This document shows, in pieces, positions 35,685 to 44,940 of a DNA stretch of 64,000 bases. The notes beneath the pieces were generated by a model. It did not search any database. It was not told the DNA's origin and was given only the letters and a program-made list of their open reading frames with translations. Positions within the stretch are counted from its first letter, which is position 1; each line of letters opens with the position of its first letter. Location: the IMG/VR virus record IMGVR_UViG_3300032242_000723, positions 248,001 through 312,000 of that record, one strand, 5' to 3'. The position numbers were made by a program, and so were the translations under genes.

Positions 35685-36683
35685 ATGGCAAGTTTAGCAG
35701 AAATCCGCGCTCGCATTGCAGCAGCAGAAAATAAGGGTCAAAACAAAGGCTCAAATACACAATCAGATAACGCAATCTATCCTCACTGGAATATCGATGA
35801 AGGCACTACTGCCACTGTTCGATTTCTTCCAGATGCTGATCCAAACAACACATTCTTTTGGATTGAACGTCAAGTAATCAAGCTCCCATTCAACGGCATT
35901 AAGGGCGACGCCGACAGCAAGCAAGTCACTATTCAGGTGCCATGCGTAGAGATGTATGGTGACAACTGTCCTATTCTAGCAGAAGTTCGCCCTTGGTATA
36001 AGGATGATTCGCTTAAGGATATGGCTAACAAGTATTGGAAGAAGCGTTCTTATATCTATCAGGGCTTTGTTCGGCAAAACCCAATTGGCGATGACAAGAC
36101 TCCAGCGAATCCTATTCGTCGCTTTGTCGTTACCTCGCAGATTCAAACGATCATCAAGGCATCACTTATGGATCCTGAGATGGAAGAGTTGCCAACTGAC
36201 TACACGAAAGGTCTTGACTTCAACGTCCGTAAGACTTCTGGTAAGGGAGGTTATGCAGAGTACACTACATCCAGTTGGGCACGTAAGGAAACTTCTTTGA
36301 CTGAGGCTGAAATGGCTGCTATTGAAGCACATGGTCTGTACAATCTTGCTGACTTCTTGCCAAAGAAGCCAAGTGAAGCAGAACTTCGCATCATCAAAGA
36401 GATGTTTGACGCTTCAGTTGACGGTCGTCCATATGACACCGATAAGTGGGGTGCATACTATCGTCCTTACGGTGTTGATGCACCAGCAGGTACTGCAACA
36501 GATAAACAAACGGCTACTGCTGAAACCAGAGCCCCTGTTACAGCTCCTACTACAGTCACTTACTCATCAGATCCAGATGATGTTCCGTTTGAAACAGATC
36601 AACCAATCGTGGTTCCTACTACAACTTCAAGCGACAAGGCACAGGACATTCTCGCAATGATCCGTGCAAGACAGCCTAAGTAA
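35685..36683 (+). CDS. Single-stranded DNA-binding protein (T4 gp32-like)
   Basis: VRFLP, PC.EMYG..CP, KYWKKRSY, G.DF..RKT...GY..Y..S.W, acidic C-terminal tail. Confidence 0.88.
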   Translation: MASLAEIRARIAAAENKGQNKGSNTQSDNAIYPHWNIDEGTTATVRFLPDADPNNTFFWIERQVIKLPFNGIKGDADSKQVTIQVPCVEMYGDNCPILAEVRPWYKDDSLKDMANKYWKKRSYIYQGFVRQNPIGDDKTPANPIRRFVVTSQIQTIIKASLMDPEMEELPTDYTKGLDFNVRKTSGKGGYAEYTTSSWARKETSLTEAEMAAIEAHGLYNLADFLPKKPSEAELRIIKEMFDASVDGRPYDTDKWGAYYRPYGVDAPAGTATDKQTATAETRAPVTAPTTVTYSSDPDDVPFETDQPIVVPTTTSSDKAQDILAMIRARQPK

Positions 36684-36696
36684 CTAGCCTAACAAA

Positions 36697-36720
36697 GTCG
36701 GGGGAGGAAACTTCCCCGAC
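36697..36720. other. GC-rich GAAA-tetraloop hairpin
   Basis: GTCGGGGGAG-GAAA-CTTCCCCGAC; no T-run on the + strand. Confidence 0.6.
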
Positions 36721-36736
36721 AGTTAAGGATATCACA

Positions 36737-36967
36737 ATGACAACATCAGATGAAAGATACCGTGCTATCAAGCAGGGAAAGAAACTTCTTGAGGAGCTTT
36801 GCGATCCAGGCAAGACTCCAAGAGTCCCAAGTATTGTTCGTGACCGGGCTAGAAGCATTCTAAGGCATTTTCCTAATGAGAATGACTTAGACGAGATTTC
36901 TACCAATAGTCCCGAACTACTTGAAAAAACATCATTTAATGATAAAGTAAAACACATAGCAAGATAG
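36737..36967 (+). CDS. Small conserved protein (BPSL0761-like)
   Basis: T.SDERYRAI...LLEEL.....PRVP..VR.RA..ILRHFP. Confidence 0.55.
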   Translation: MTTSDERYRAIKQGKKLLEELCDPGKTPRVPSIVRDRARSILRHFPNENDLDEISTNSPELLEKTSFNDKVKHIAR

Positions 36968-36976
36968 GAAATACAA

Positions 36977-38047
36977 TTGGCAAAACCGTTCGATGTATCA
37001 AAATTCCGTAAGGATATTACTAAGGCCATTGATGGCCTAAGTATCGGGTTTAACGACCCAACAGATTGGATTAGCACAGGCAACCATGCACTTAATTATC
37101 TCATTAGCGGTGACTTTAATAAAGGCGTACCTCTTGGTAAAGTTACTGTCTTTGCCGGAGAGTCTGGATCAGGCAAGTCATTCATTTGCTCAGGAAATCT
37201 AGTAAGACACGCTCAAGAGCAAGGCATTTATGTCGTACTCGTTGATAGCGAAAACGCACTTGACGAGGCATGGCTACACGCTCTTGGCGTTGACACTAGC
37301 GAAGACAAGCTACTAAAGCTTAATATGGCAATGATTGATGACGTTGCTAGGACTATTCATGAGTTCATGAAGGGTTATAAGACTATCCCAGACGGCCCTG
37401 AAAAGCCTAAGGTACTGTTTGTTATTGACAGTCTTGGTATGTTGCTCACTCCAACTGACGTAAATCAGTTTGAAGCAGGTGACATGAAGGGTGATATGGG
37501 TCGTAAGCCTAAGGCACTGACTGCACTTGTTCGCAACTGTGTAAACATGTTCGGTAATCATAATGTTGGATTGGTTGCTACTAATCACACTTATGCTTCA
37601 CAAGATATGTTTGACCCAGACGACAAGATTTCAGGTGGTCAAGGGTTCGTATACGCATCTAGTATCGTAGTTGCGATGAAGAAACTAAAGCTCAAAGAAG
37701 ACGAAGACGGCAATAAGATTTCGGAAGTCAAAGGTATTCGTTCTGCATGTAAGATTATGAAGACGCGATATGCAAAGCCTTTCGAATCAGTTCAAGTCAA
37801 GATTCCATATGAGACTGGCATGAGTCCCTATTCAGGTCTAGTTGACTTGATTGAAAAGGCTGGCATGCTTGCAAAGGAAGGCAACTCACTTGTTTACACT
37901 CGTCTCGATGGTACAATCATCAAGAAGTTTCGTAAAGGCTGGGAGCGTAATGACGATAGCTGTTTGGACACTGTTATGACAGAGTTTGAACAGAAGTCAG
38001 CCAAGATCGCTCCTATCATGGTCGAAGAAGAGGATTCAGCAGAATGA
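36977..38047 (+). CDS. uvsX: RecA-like recombinase (UvsX)
   Basis: AGESGSGKS, DSENAL, IDSLGML, TNHTY, SGGQG..YASS, KTRYAKPF. Confidence 0.93.
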   Translation: MAKPFDVSKFRKDITKAIDGLSIGFNDPTDWISTGNHALNYLISGDFNKGVPLGKVTVFAGESGSGKSFICSGNLVRHAQEQGIYVVLVDSENALDEAWLHALGVDTSEDKLLKLNMAMIDDVARTIHEFMKGYKTIPDGPEKPKVLFVIDSLGMLLTPTDVNQFEAGDMKGDMGRKPKALTALVRNCVNMFGNHNVGLVATNHTYASQDMFDPDDKISGGQGFVYASSIVVAMKKLKLKEDEDGNKISEVKGIRSACKIMKTRYAKPFESVQVKIPYETGMSPYSGLVDLIEKAGMLAKEGNSLVYTRLDGTIIKKFRKGWERNDDSCLDTVMTEFEQKSAKIAPIMVEEEDSAE

Positions 38048-38331
38048 GTCTAGCACTGGTTAATGAAATCTGGAAACTTCTCAAGGTTAGCATTGAAGCA
38101 GGTGACACTAGTGGTGCCGCAGAGATATTAGTCAACTATCTAGTTGAGGAAGACTACTCTCCGGCTGAAATTAAGCAGGCATTTCGTAATGATACAAACA
38201 TTAAGAAAGCACTAGACTACTATTTAGAAACGCCAGAAGATGGTCTTGTCGAAGTCAAGCATGATCCATATGAATATGAAGATGAAGACGAACTATACTT
38301 TGATGACGAAGACTTTGACGACACGTACTGA
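38044..38331 (+). CDS. Hypothetical protein with acidic tail
   Basis: Coupled between uvsX and the uvsY-like gene. Confidence 0.7.
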   Translation: MSLALVNEIWKLLKVSIEAGDTSGAAEILVNYLVEEDYSPAEIKQAFRNDTNIKKALDYYLETPEDGLVEVKHDPYEYEDEDELYFDDEDFDDTY

Positions 38332-38789
38332 TGGCGTGGTACAGTAGAGTCTCACAAGATTTAAGTGTACTCCCTGATTTTATCTCACACTATGAAGGTG
38401 AGATACAGTCAGCAAAGGGCGATGTCAAGGTATATGGCAATGTTGAAAAGAACATTGCTGCCCTTCCAGGAATTGCTGAGTATCGTTTCAATCAACTACA
38501 AGAGATTGAAGCGGTACTCAACTTTCTTAACATACAACTACGAAAGATTCGCAGGAAGCACTTTCAGAAATATTTAGAGAAATACAATCGTCAACTATCA
38601 AGCCGTGATGCCGAAAAATACGTAGACGGCGAAGATGAAGTGGTTGACTTTGAAGTTTTGATCAATGAAGTCGCACTGATACGAAATAAATTTTTAGGTG
38701 TCATGAAGGGACTAGATAGTAAGAACTTCATGTTAGGCCATATTGTCAGGCTTAGAACAGCTGGTATGGAAGATATTACAATCGGATGA
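38331..38789 (+). CDS. uvsY: Recombination mediator (UvsY-like)
   Basis: Helical protein with KYLEKYNRQLSSRDAEKYVDGE; position next to uvsX. Confidence 0.7.
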   Translation: MAWYSRVSQDLSVLPDFISHYEGEIQSAKGDVKVYGNVEKNIAALPGIAEYRFNQLQEIEAVLNFLNIQLRKIRRKHFQKYLEKYNRQLSSRDAEKYVDGEDEVVDFEVLINEVALIRNKFLGVMKGLDSKNFMLGHIVRLRTAGMEDITIG

Positions 38790-38796
38790 ACATATA

Positions 38797-39978
38797 ATGA
38801 ATAATGCTTATGTAGTCGGCTATGGAATGATTGATGCGTTGGGAAACAATCCAAAAGATTGCTTTCAACGAATGTTAGACGATAATGATTATTCTTCCGA
38901 CATTCCGTCAATGCTTGAAGAAAATCTCAAAGTTTATCGCGGATATCAAGTAGATGAATCCAAATTAATACTTCCAGAAGGTTGGAGCAATAAAGGTGTT
39001 AACTTATCTCAAAAACTTGCTATGCATTCTGCAATGCAAGCATTAGAAATGGCAAATCTTCCCTATAGTAGCAATGTTGCAGTTATTTACAGCACAACTT
39101 CGGTGATTGATGAAGCATTAGAAGAGTTTTTTCCCAAACTTATTGCGAACAAAAGAATTAACCCTCGCACGGTAATCAATCGTATTCCTGATATGACTGC
39201 CGATCATATTAGCAGCTATTGGAAATTTATGGGAGTAAGTGCTGCGGTACTTGGCTCTTGTGCAACAGGTATTCTATCGATTGATTATGCAATGCGTTTA
39301 TTAGACGAATATGACTATGTGGTATGCGGTAGTGGTGACGCAGGAACCTTTCGTATTGCAATGAAGAGTTTTTCTTCAGGCGGCGCATTAGGAAACAATA
39401 ATAAACCATTTGATGACGACCGTGAAGGATTTGTCATGGGATCAGGTGCAGGTGTATTGATTCTAGCATCGGCTAAAAGTGTTGAAAAGTATGGTTCAAA
39501 AGTTTATGCTACTTTGTATCCTGCAGGTTTGGCAAGTGATGCATATGATCAAACGTCTCCTGCCGCAGATGGACGAGGATCCCGCTTAGCATTATCCAAA
39601 GCAACAGCAAGCAATGTTACAATCGATGCAGTATCGGCACATGCTACTAGCACTCCTATAGGAGACATCATTGAATATACTTCGGTAACTGATTATTTCG
39701 GAAAGATACCTATCTATGCACCTAAATCTAAAATAGGCCATACCCTAGGTGGTTCTGGTATCGTTGAAACGATTTATGCCATTGAGTCAATGAATGCTGG
39801 CATAATACCTCATATACAAAACCTAAATAATGCATCGATGGATACATATAACTGTTTAGTACGTACTAACACGCTTTTTGAAGATAAGCCTACGTTACGC
39901 ACTCTTAATAACTCATTCGGTTTTGGTGGTAAATGTGCATCGCAAATTATTGAGGTAACAAGGCACGATTTCGGTTGA
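38797..39978 (+). CDS. fabF: Beta-ketoacyl-ACP synthase II (FabF-like)
   Basis: Start corrected to ATG 38797. Cys-His-His triad: GSCATG, SAHATSTPIGD, KSKIGHTLG; NNSFGFGG; GFVMGSGAG. Confidence 0.92.
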   Translation: MNNAYVVGYGMIDALGNNPKDCFQRMLDDNDYSSDIPSMLEENLKVYRGYQVDESKLILPEGWSNKGVNLSQKLAMHSAMQALEMANLPYSSNVAVIYSTTSVIDEALEEFFPKLIANKRINPRTVINRIPDMTADHISSYWKFMGVSAAVLGSCATGILSIDYAMRLLDEYDYVVCGSGDAGTFRIAMKSFSSGGALGNNNKPFDDDREGFVMGSGAGVLILASAKSVEKYGSKVYATLYPAGLASDAYDQTSPAADGRGSRLALSKATASNVTIDAVSAHATSTPIGDIIEYTSVTDYFGKIPIYAPKSKIGHTLGGSGIVETIYAIESMNAGIIPHIQNLNNASMDTYNCLVRTNTLFEDKPTLRTLNNSFGFGGKCASQIIEVTRHDFG

Positions 39979-40003
39979 CTTCGTTTGTTCGTTTTGATAG
40001 ATT
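39975..40003 (+). promoter_or_regulatory. Early promoter
   Basis: ACGATTTCGG-TTGACT-17 bp-TAGATT; upstream decamer shared with the promoter at 42745. Confidence 0.7.
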
Positions 40004-40040
40004 GAATCATAGACAGAAACACACAAACGGAGCTACTCAC

Positions 40041-40358
40041 ATGACTCAGTTCTCAAACGAAAATCTCAATGATTCTAACGGCTGGCTCTCTTACGGTCCA
40101 GAACGCAAGTTCGTTGCTAACTTCTCAAAGCGTGGTGGTGGTAAGGCTACCTTCATCAAGTTCTTGATCAAGAACTTCACTGTTGAAGAATATTTTGAGA
40201 TGCTTGAGACTAACAAGTCTCCACTTGGCATCGCTCAAACTAAGGGCTATGTTCTTCCTCACATCAAGAAGTGGCTCAAGGATCGGGGTTTGCCCCAGAC
40301 TTCAGCTGGCTTTGACACGATGATCCAGCAAAATATGGCTGCTCGATTGGCTGCATAA
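40041..40358 (+). CDS. Hypothetical early protein
   Basis: GGAG RBS; ATG at 40041. Confidence 0.7.
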   Translation: MTQFSNENLNDSNGWLSYGPERKFVANFSKRGGGKATFIKFLIKNFTVEEYFEMLETNKSPLGIAQTKGYVLPHIKKWLKDRGLPQTSAGFDTMIQQNMAARLAA

Positions 40359-40379
40359 TCCTAGATTAAGGGTCATACT

Positions 40380-40712
40380 ATGTCCGCATATGGCTATTAT
40401 AAAATCAAAATGAGGCAACGGCTATCAGAAGCACAAAATCATCGCTGCTGCTATTGTCATGTACGCTTTAGTGATGATCGTGCCTCCCCTTATTATGCAA
40501 CACTTGAACATGTTATTCCAATATCGCGCGGCGGAAGTAATAACTTAAAAAATCTTGTGGTAGCGTGTGAAGCATGTAATAACATTCGTGGTAGTAGATA
40601 TAAGGCTGAAGAGTTCGGCAACCTAATACAGCATGGTCGCCTGGGTCTTTTGATGAACAACATGCATTTCATTTTTGATAAAATCAAAGCAAACGAGGAA
40701 CTTGCCACATGA
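40380..40712 (+). CDS. HNH endonuclease
   Basis: CCYC, TLEHVIPISRGGSN..KNLVVACEACNN.RG. Confidence 0.9.
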   Translation: MSAYGYYKIKMRQRLSEAQNHRCCYCHVRFSDDRASPYYATLEHVIPISRGGSNNLKNLVVACEACNNIRGSRYKAEEFGNLIQHGRLGLLMNNMHFIFDKIKANEELAT

Positions 40713-40915
40713 CTACGCCTGAAACGATTGAACGCCTTGACAACATCATCGCTAAGTTGGACGAGTCTGACGGCATGTTCGTTTACGGTATGCTCAACAA
40801 GATTGAAGCACTTGAGCGTGAGGTTGCCAAGCTGAAAGAGGATATTGGTTACCTAGAGTTCGCACATGACGATGCAATGTATAACGAAGGTTGGAAATTC
40901 GGTGACGGTTACTAA
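40709..40915 (+). CDS. Small coiled-coil hypothetical protein
   Basis: ATGA overlap. Confidence 0.6.
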   Translation: MTTPETIERLDNIIAKLDESDGMFVYGMLNKIEALEREVAKLKEDIGYLEFAHDDAMYNEGWKFGDGY

Positions 40916-40916
40916 C

Positions 40917-41183
40917 ATGAAACTGAATATTTCTGCATTCAAGCCTTATGATAAGGACGAAGGATATCACTTCTGTTTTTACCATGAAGAATATCTAAAG
41001 ATTGGGGTTAATCATAACAACCCTAAAGACGGGGGTTATGTTTTGTATGTGATTGACAACGACGATTTTGTCATGAATAAGTTTTATGCATCATATGCAG
41101 ATGTCATGATTGACTTTATGTCACTGCTCAAGGTACCACATATACAGATTCGTTCATTGGAAGCACTTGGTTTAGAAGTTTAG
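40917..41183 (+). CDS. Hypothetical protein
   Basis: ATG at 40917, directly after the upstream stop. Confidence 0.55.
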   Translation: MKLNISAFKPYDKDEGYHFCFYHEEYLKIGVNHNNPKDGGYVLYVIDNDDFVMNKFYASYADVMIDFMSLLKVPHIQIRSLEALGLEV

Positions 41184-41185
41184 AC

Positions 41186-41214
41186 TTGACATCTATCCTC
41201 ATATAGTCTACATC
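41186..41214 (+). promoter_or_regulatory. Sigma70-type promoter
   Basis: TTGACA-17 bp-TACATC. Confidence 0.65.
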
Positions 41215-41243
41215 GATCTATAAACTGAAACAAGGAGCATACC

Positions 41244-42464
41244 ATGAACTACGATTTTCCGATTATCAATAACATCTCGGATGTGTTGCCAGCGATTGAA
41301 GGTCGTGACGAGTTCACGGTTGCTCAAAAGGACGGCTACACTGTCATCAACTATAATGTGATGTTTGAGGATACCTTTCCTCCCGTGAAAGTTACTGGAG
41401 GTTCTGCTAAGATGCGAGCCGAAAGGTCTCGTCATAACGTCCTGCGTCGTGAATGTCGCGGCATCATGTTTGACTCCGTGACTGGCGACATCATCCGTCG
41501 TCCTTTTCATAAGTTCTTTAATGTGAATGAAAGGGATGAAACTCAAGATAACACTATTGATATGTCTAAACCTCATGTTATCCTTGAGAAGCTGGACGGT
41601 AGCATGGTCGCTCCATTCTACGCGAATGATTTAATGCTATTTGGAACGAAGATGGGTGCTACTGATGTAGCGAAGCCTGTTGAAGCCTTTGTTAATGCAA
41701 ATCCAAAGTATATTGACTTTTCGCGAAACCAGATTGAAAATGGGTTTACTCCTATCTTTGAATGGTGCTCGCGTAAGCAGCGTATCGTTTTAGATTATCC
41801 TGAAGATCAGTTGATCTTGACTGGTCTCCGTCATCTTGAAACTGGTGAATATGTTTATTATGACGGTTTTGCTAGACTAGGAAAGGCTATGGATATCCCA
41901 GTTGTCCGTGCGTTTGACTCTCGTTCGGATATGAAGGAGTTCATTGAGTACACTCGTGATCTAGAAAACCTCGAGGGCTTTGTCGTTCGCTTTGACGATG
42001 GCCACATGCTAAAGTTAAAGTGTGAATGGTACCTTCAGATCCACCGTGCGAAGGAAGCGATTCTACAAGATCGTAACATCGTTGAGTTGATCCTTGACGA
42101 ACACTTGGATGATGTGAAGCCTCACCTGCTTCAGGAAGATCGTGATCGTATCAACAAGTTTGAGAATGATTTCAATCAAGCGATTATGAAAATATCAACT
42201 CACATCCTCGACAAGATAGTCAAAGATGTTCGTGGCTTGAAGATTTCTCGTAAGGACTTTGCTCTTGTCGTGTCTACTGTCGGTAACCAAAAAGGTGTCA
42301 ACTATATCGCTCCTATCATCTTTACTCTTTGGGATACTAATCCTATTGAGGTGAGTGATGTTGATGCACAGGTCCGCAAGATGGTACGCAAGTATCTGAA
42401 TAAGATTGCGAGGTACGAAGAGATTCGTGCTGCGTGGTTCCCTAATGTAATCTATAACATCTAA
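41244..42464 (+). CDS. rnlA: RNA ligase 1 (T4 RnlA-like)
   Basis: ECRG..FD, FHKFFN, EKLDGS (motif I), EGFVV (IV), LKLKCEWY (V). Confidence 0.88.
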   Translation: MNYDFPIINNISDVLPAIEGRDEFTVAQKDGYTVINYNVMFEDTFPPVKVTGGSAKMRAERSRHNVLRRECRGIMFDSVTGDIIRRPFHKFFNVNERDETQDNTIDMSKPHVILEKLDGSMVAPFYANDLMLFGTKMGATDVAKPVEAFVNANPKYIDFSRNQIENGFTPIFEWCSRKQRIVLDYPEDQLILTGLRHLETGEYVYYDGFARLGKAMDIPVVRAFDSRSDMKEFIEYTRDLENLEGFVVRFDDGHMLKLKCEWYLQIHRAKEAILQDRNIVELILDEHLDDVKPHLLQEDRDRINKFENDFNQAIMKISTHILDKIVKDVRGLKISRKDFALVVSTVGNQKGVNYIAPIIFTLWDTNPIEVSDVDAQVRKMVRKYLNKIARYEEIRAAWFPNVIYNI

Positions 42465-42486
42465 ACAACCTTAAAGGAAAAAGACA

Positions 42487-42732
42487 ATGGCTACCGCACT
42501 AGAAACTATTAAGTTCGCTGAAGGCAAACTCCTTGCTGCTAAGACATACTTCCCTGGCAGCAATGAGATTGCTCGTTTGGAGTTCATTGTTGAGGATCTG
42601 AGGTCCAAGTTGACCCCAGAAGAACTCATTCAGCATACCACTAAGGTGGTCAAGACCGAAGCCGATGTAGAGGCTGAGCGTATTGCTACTGTTAAGGCAA
42701 TGAACGAAAACCGAGATAAGCCTAGCATTTAG
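42487..42732 (+). CDS. Hypothetical protein
   Basis: AAGGAA RBS. Confidence 0.65.
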   Translation: MATALETIKFAEGKLLAAKTYFPGSNEIARLEFIVEDLRSKLTPEELIQHTTKVVKTEADVEAERIATVKAMNENRDKPSI

Positions 42733-42744
42733 GTACGATTTCGG

Positions 42745-42773
42745 TTGACATCATTTACCCGTTTTGCTATATT
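42745..42773 (+). promoter_or_regulatory. Early promoter
   Basis: ACGATTTCGG-TTGACA-TCATTTACCCGTTTTGC-TATATT. Confidence 0.8.
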
Positions 42774-42805
42774 GATCAAGTTGAAACATTTCAAAAGGAA
42801 TAAGC

Positions 42806-43813
42806 ATGCCTCGCGTTCTCGTTAAGTCTGGTGAATATCGCAACTATCCGGTGACCAATGCCGAGTTTGAACTTGTTAAGGGTTTTCAAGTCGGTGCAAA
42901 GGGTGGTTATCTAACTGTTAAGAACGGTGGGTTTTTCCCCATTGACATTGAAGATATCAAGATCAAGGTCGCAGGACTTGATAACTTTGAAATCGACGGC
43001 GAACCAGTTGTTGTTGAAACTAAGGTCACAGAGACCGACGAAGAGGCAATGAACCGTATTGCTACACGCTTTCAAATCCTAGATGAAATGTCAGCGGCTT
43101 GTATCAATGGCAATATTCGTGCGATGATCGTCTCGGGTCCTCCGGGTGTTGGTAAATCGTTCGGCGTTGAAACGCAACTTGAAAAGTCTGCGATGTTTGA
43201 CAAGATCGCAGGCAATCGTGTGCGTTATGAAGTTGTCAAGGGTGCAATGACTGCATTGGGTCTGTATGCCCAGCTTTACAAGTACAGCGACAAGAAGAAC
43301 ATCCTAGTGTTTGATGACTGTGATAGCGTGTTCATGGACGATCTTACCTTGAACATTCTAAAGGCTGCTCTTGATAGTGGCAAGCGTCGCAAGATTTGCT
43401 GGAATTCGGACTCGCGACTATTGCGTGAAGAAGGTATCCCGCACAGTTTCAACTTTGAAGGCTCTTGCATCTTCATCACGAACATCAAGTTTGACAACAT
43501 TAAGTCAAAGCGTCTTCAAGATCACCTCGAAGCATTGCAATCTCGTTGTCACTTCCTTGATCTCACGATTGATACAGCCCGCGATATGATGCTTCGTATC
43601 AAGCAAGTTGACCGTGATGCTAATGGCGGATTGTTCAACGACTATCATTTCCAAAACAATGAGGGCGAAACTGTCCTCGCATACATGGAAGATAACAAGG
43701 CTAAGTTGCGTGAGTTGTCTATTCGTATGGCACTCAAGATTGCTGATCTTGTCAAGATTTCCCCTACTAACTGGAAGAACCTCGCTCAAAGCACTTGTAT
43801 GAAGCGTTCGTAA
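42806..43813 (+). CDS. AAA+ ATPase, phage-type, function unknown
   Basis: SGPPGVGKS, LVFDDCD, FITN, LQSRC. Confidence 0.85.
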   Translation: MPRVLVKSGEYRNYPVTNAEFELVKGFQVGAKGGYLTVKNGGFFPIDIEDIKIKVAGLDNFEIDGEPVVVETKVTETDEEAMNRIATRFQILDEMSAACINGNIRAMIVSGPPGVGKSFGVETQLEKSAMFDKIAGNRVRYEVVKGAMTALGLYAQLYKYSDKKNILVFDDCDSVFMDDLTLNILKAALDSGKRRKICWNSDSRLLREEGIPHSFNFEGSCIFITNIKFDNIKSKRLQDHLEALQSRCHFLDLTIDTARDMMLRIKQVDRDANGGLFNDYHFQNNEGETVLAYMEDNKAKLRELSIRMALKIADLVKISPTNWKNLAQSTCMKRS

Positions 43814-43840
43814 AACTTCTAATCTATACCAGTTAACTTT

Positions 43841-43863
43841 GGGGGCTTCGGCCCCCTTTTTTT
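43841..43863 (+). terminator. Rho-independent terminator with UUCG loop
   Basis: GGGGGC-TTCG-GCCCCC-T7. Confidence 0.92.
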
Positions 43864-43908
43864 ACCAATATATTTGTATTAAAATATTGATGCTGCTATA
43901 GTACTAAG

Positions 43909-44940
43909 ATGAACAATAAAGAACATCTCCTTTACTTCTTTTTGCAAGGGACAATAAACCTTAGTCAATATGATTATAAGTTTATGTCTAACCTGCAAAC
44001 AATGATAAGCAATGATAGCAGAGTGACCTCTAACCAGGCAACATTGTTTGATAACCTTATCAGCAAATATCAAAAGCAGTTAGCTAAGGCTGGGTACGAT
44101 AAGCAAACGCTTAAGACATTACCTTGGAAAGCAACCATAGTCGAAAGCACGGCTGAACATACTAGTGCCAGAGTGTCATTGTTTGATAACGAACTTAAGA
44201 TCAGGGTACCGTTCAACAAATCCTTCATTGCTCATTTCAGAGAGAATGTAGTTGACAATCCTTTTACCTGGGACAAAGAGTCTAAGTACTATCGCGCCTA
44301 TTTTACGACAAACGCACTGAAGATCGCATCAAAGTCACTTCCTAAATATTTCCCCACAGTAACCTATCATGATGACCTCGTTGATATCGTGAATGAGTTA
44401 AAGAAATATGAGGCACCTGTATGGGATCCAATGTTGATCGACAACAACGGTCACTTAATGATCGCCGCTACAAATCCTATCGTGGATAATATCGTAAAGG
44501 ATATAAATCTTCAGTTAAATATGAAGACATTGCATACATTATCACGACATGGAATCAAAACTGATAATAAGATCACTGATACTGATCTTAAACTTAAGTT
44601 CGCAGCCGAGTATGTAACCGAAGTAGATTTGGACAACATGGAACAAGTGGCAGAATGGGTGAAGGAACTCGAATGTGATGGTGTGATATTAGGTAGAGGC
44701 ATCATATATGGTAAACCTTACGGACTAGGTGAGACGGCTACGATGAAAGAGATTATTACTACTAATCTAGCCAAACATGATGTGCCCTGTATTGCATCGC
44801 ACTCATCACAAGAAGGCGCGACTGTGGACCGTAACTATCTTTTAATGCAACTTACTAGCATGACAACTACGCCAGCATTTCCCAGCAATACTTCTAAGAT
44901 AATCATAGTGAAAAACTCCCGTCCCATAGAGGTCAAATGA
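43909..44940 (+). CDS. Hypothetical protein
   Basis: 343-aa ORF coupled to the helicase gene. Confidence 0.7.
   Translation: MNNKEHLLYFFLQGTINLSQYDYKFMSNLQTMISNDSRVTSNQATLFDNLISKYQKQLAKAGYDKQTLKTLPWKATIVESTAEHTSARVSLFDNELKIRVPFNKSFIAHFRENVVDNPFTWDKESKYYRAYFTTNALKIASKSLPKYFPTVTYHDDLVDIVNELKKYEAPVWDPMLIDNNGHLMIAATNPIVDNIVKDINLQLNMKTLHTLSRHGIKTDNKITDTDLKLKFAAEYVTEVDLDNMEQVAEWVKELECDGVILGRGIIYGKPYGLGETATMKEIITTNLAKHDVPCIASHSSQEGATVDRNYLLMQLTSMTTTPAFPSNTSKIIIVKNSRPIEVK

Noticed and set aside
36697-36720. Hairpin as a + strand terminator of the SSB gene
   Set aside because: No U-tract follows on the + strand; kept only as a generic stable hairpin.
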